This document shows positions 62,576-64,000 of a DNA stretch of 64,000 nt, piece by piece (positions within the stretch are counted from its first letter, which is position 1; each line of letters begins with the position of its first letter). Under the pieces are notes generated by a model that worked only from the letters and a program-made list of their open reading frames with translations, had not been told where the DNA came from and searched no databases. The position numbers and the translations under genes were made by a program. Source of the stretch: Balanoglossus misakiensis (Eukaryota; Animalia; Hemichordata). Location of the stretch: positions 124,001-188,000 of the forward strand of contig JBECUI020000031.1 of assembly GCA_040954595.2 (NCBI GenBank), read 5' to 3'.

Positions 62576-63106
62576 CTAGGCAAGGTACCTTTTTATATTG
62601 GCAACATAGTGAGCCGCATTAATTCGGAGATTTTCTTTCTCTTCTTCTCTAACGCGTCGAATCATCCGTGCCGGAGCCCCCACAATCAGAGAGTTGTCAT
62701 CAAAATCGGCTTTGCCTGTTACCAGAGCTCCAGCACCAACAATACAGTTTTTACCAATACGGGCCCCCGAAAGAATTATGGCTCCCATACCAATAAGACT
62801 GCCATCGCCGATAGAACAACCGTGAATAATCGCATTATGCCCAATGGTGACTCCTTCACCAACAAGGCAGGGATTTTCTCTATCTGTGTGTAGAACGGAA
62901 CCATCTTGAACATTGGAGCCCTGCCCCACAACAATACGTTCAATATCTCCTCTGAGTACGGCGTGAAACCAGATGCCGACATCCTGATGGAGAACCACAT
63001 TGCCAATAACGTCGGCACTGGGGGCTACAAAAATCCTCTCCCCTTCCAAGCGGGGGCTAATTCCTTCAAAACTGCTTAACATAGTTTCATTATGGCAGAA
63101 TTTCAT
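62576..63106 (-). CDS. Gamma carbonic anhydrase family protein (YrdA/CaiE-like hexapeptide repeat)
   Basis: A.VIG.V, LRGD, SNVQD..VLH, TIGH.A.IHGC, G.PA..R. Confidence 0.9.
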   Translation of the reverse strand: MKFCHNETMLSSFEGISPRLEGERIFVAPSADVIGNVVLHQDVGIWFHAVLRGDIERIVVGQGSNVQDGSVLHTDRENPCLVGEGVTIGHNAIIHGCSIGDGSLIGMGAIILSGARIGKNCIVGAGALVTGKADFDDNSLIVGAPARMIRRVREEEKENLRINAAHYVANIKRYLA

Positions 63107-63149
63107 GGTTTAAACCACTGGAAGCAGCCGTTTCCCCGAGAAGACCCCA

Positions 63150-64000
63150 CTACAAAAGAAGAAGTTTACGTATAGCCTGATCTTCTGTAACTTCAGCAGG
63201 GCGGCGTCCCTTGTTGTCCAGGGCCTCTTTATCTCCTCCTGCCCTCAGAAGCTCCTCCACGGCTTTCAGAGCACCTGCGTAGGCAGCATGATGAAGAGGA
63301 GTCCAGCCTTCTGAATCAACACCTTGGGGAAGGGCCCCAGCCTGAAGGAGCTCCCTAAGTATGTCCCAGTGATGCAGCCTGGCAGCCACCAGAATCAAGG
63401 AGTAGTTCCGAGGATCTAGAACATTGGGATCGGCGCCGTTTTGAAGCCTGGAGCGAACAAGATAGGTCTGGCCATTGATTACCGCTGCTACCAAAGACTG
63501 ATGAGGATCCGATAGCTTAGAAAAACCTACAAGCAAATGTCCCCCTACAAACCGATAATGGGCGTCTTCCTTATCTTCTGGATACTCCAACAAAACAACA
63601 ACAATCCGTTCTTCAAACGGGCTGCTCAAGCAGCCCAGCAGAGTTAATTCCCGCGGGGGGGGAGAAGCTGAACGATAAAGTTCCTTTTCATCGCGGCGGG
63701 AGGTCTTGAGGACAACGCTGTAAAATTTTTTGGAAGAAGTAGGAGGGAGAACCTCTAGAGAATAAGTAATTCCATCCTTGTTAAAACTGGGCCCACTGTC
63801 TCGGATCTCAAAGTCTTTCTCTAAGCCGAAACGCTGAGAGAGGCGGTCAAAAAAAGCCTGGTTCCTATTCCAGAATGCCTCCAGATAATTGGGGCCGGCA
63901 ACCTCTGCAGGGTCTGAATTGTAGAGAATATCATCCGTAACGGTGTCCACAACCGAAACGTGATAGGCCGCAATCCCCCCTGAGGAAGCTTCCTTATAGA
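63150..64000 (-). CDS. Ankyrin-repeat-containing protein (5' end outside the window)
   Basis: Frame open to the window end; GADPN, GWTPLHHAA..G....V..LL..G, G.RP. Confidence 0.8.
   Translation of the reverse strand, partial: YKEASSGGIAAYHVSVVDTVTDDILYNSDPAEVAGPNYLEAFWNRNQAFFDRLSQRFGLEKDFEIRDSGPSFNKDGITYSLEVLPPTSSKKFYSVVLKTSRRDEKELYRSASPPPRELTLLGCLSSPFEERIVVVLLEYPEDKEDAHYRFVGGHLLVGFSKLSDPHQSLVAAVINGQTYLVRSRLQNGADPNVLDPRNYSLILVAARLHHWDILRELLQAGALPQGVDSEGWTPLHHAAYAGALKAVEELLRAGGDKEALDNKGRRPAEVTEDQAIRKLLLL

Overview
64-kb chromosomal window from a bacterium that is most likely a spirochaete (spirochaetal-type lipoboxes, BspA-like LRR lipoproteins, eukaryote-type hexokinase, NusG-II/Gx cluster; the taxon is inferred). 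The main feature is a family of paralogous surface lipoproteins on the minus strand (four in tandem at <1-11526, a fifth at 15667-18308, plus decayed fragments). They share the architecture lipoprotein signal / BspA-type LRR / Fn3-like modules / GLUG-type beta-helix repeats / conserved Pro-Thr tail. Four of the five are frameshifted by one base inside the signal-peptide coding region, always at a simple sequence repeat: (ACTC)15 twice, A4 instead of A5, and T7. Their multi-kb bodies are intact and vary mainly at defined positions of the GLUG repeats. This looks like a phase-variable repertoire of diversified adhesins or binders. The rest is housekeeping and metabolic: sigma54-type hsp20, exported rhodanese, DMT transporter, GT-C glycosyltransferase, recQ (plus a decayed duplicate fragment), FGE-domain lipoprotein, feoAB, rlmN, RNase HII-like, cation antiporter with an EIIA-PII partner, tpx, metH-rubredoxin-yitJ, hexokinase, a 1695-aa Fn3/GLUG lipoprotein and three tRNAs (Leu-CAA, Gly-TCC, Phe-GAA). 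Caveat: many 1-bp indels (feoB, tRNA-Gly, probably metH, and a dense cluster at 48.5-55.2 kb) suggest consensus errors from long-read assembly, so every frameshift call needs read-level checking.
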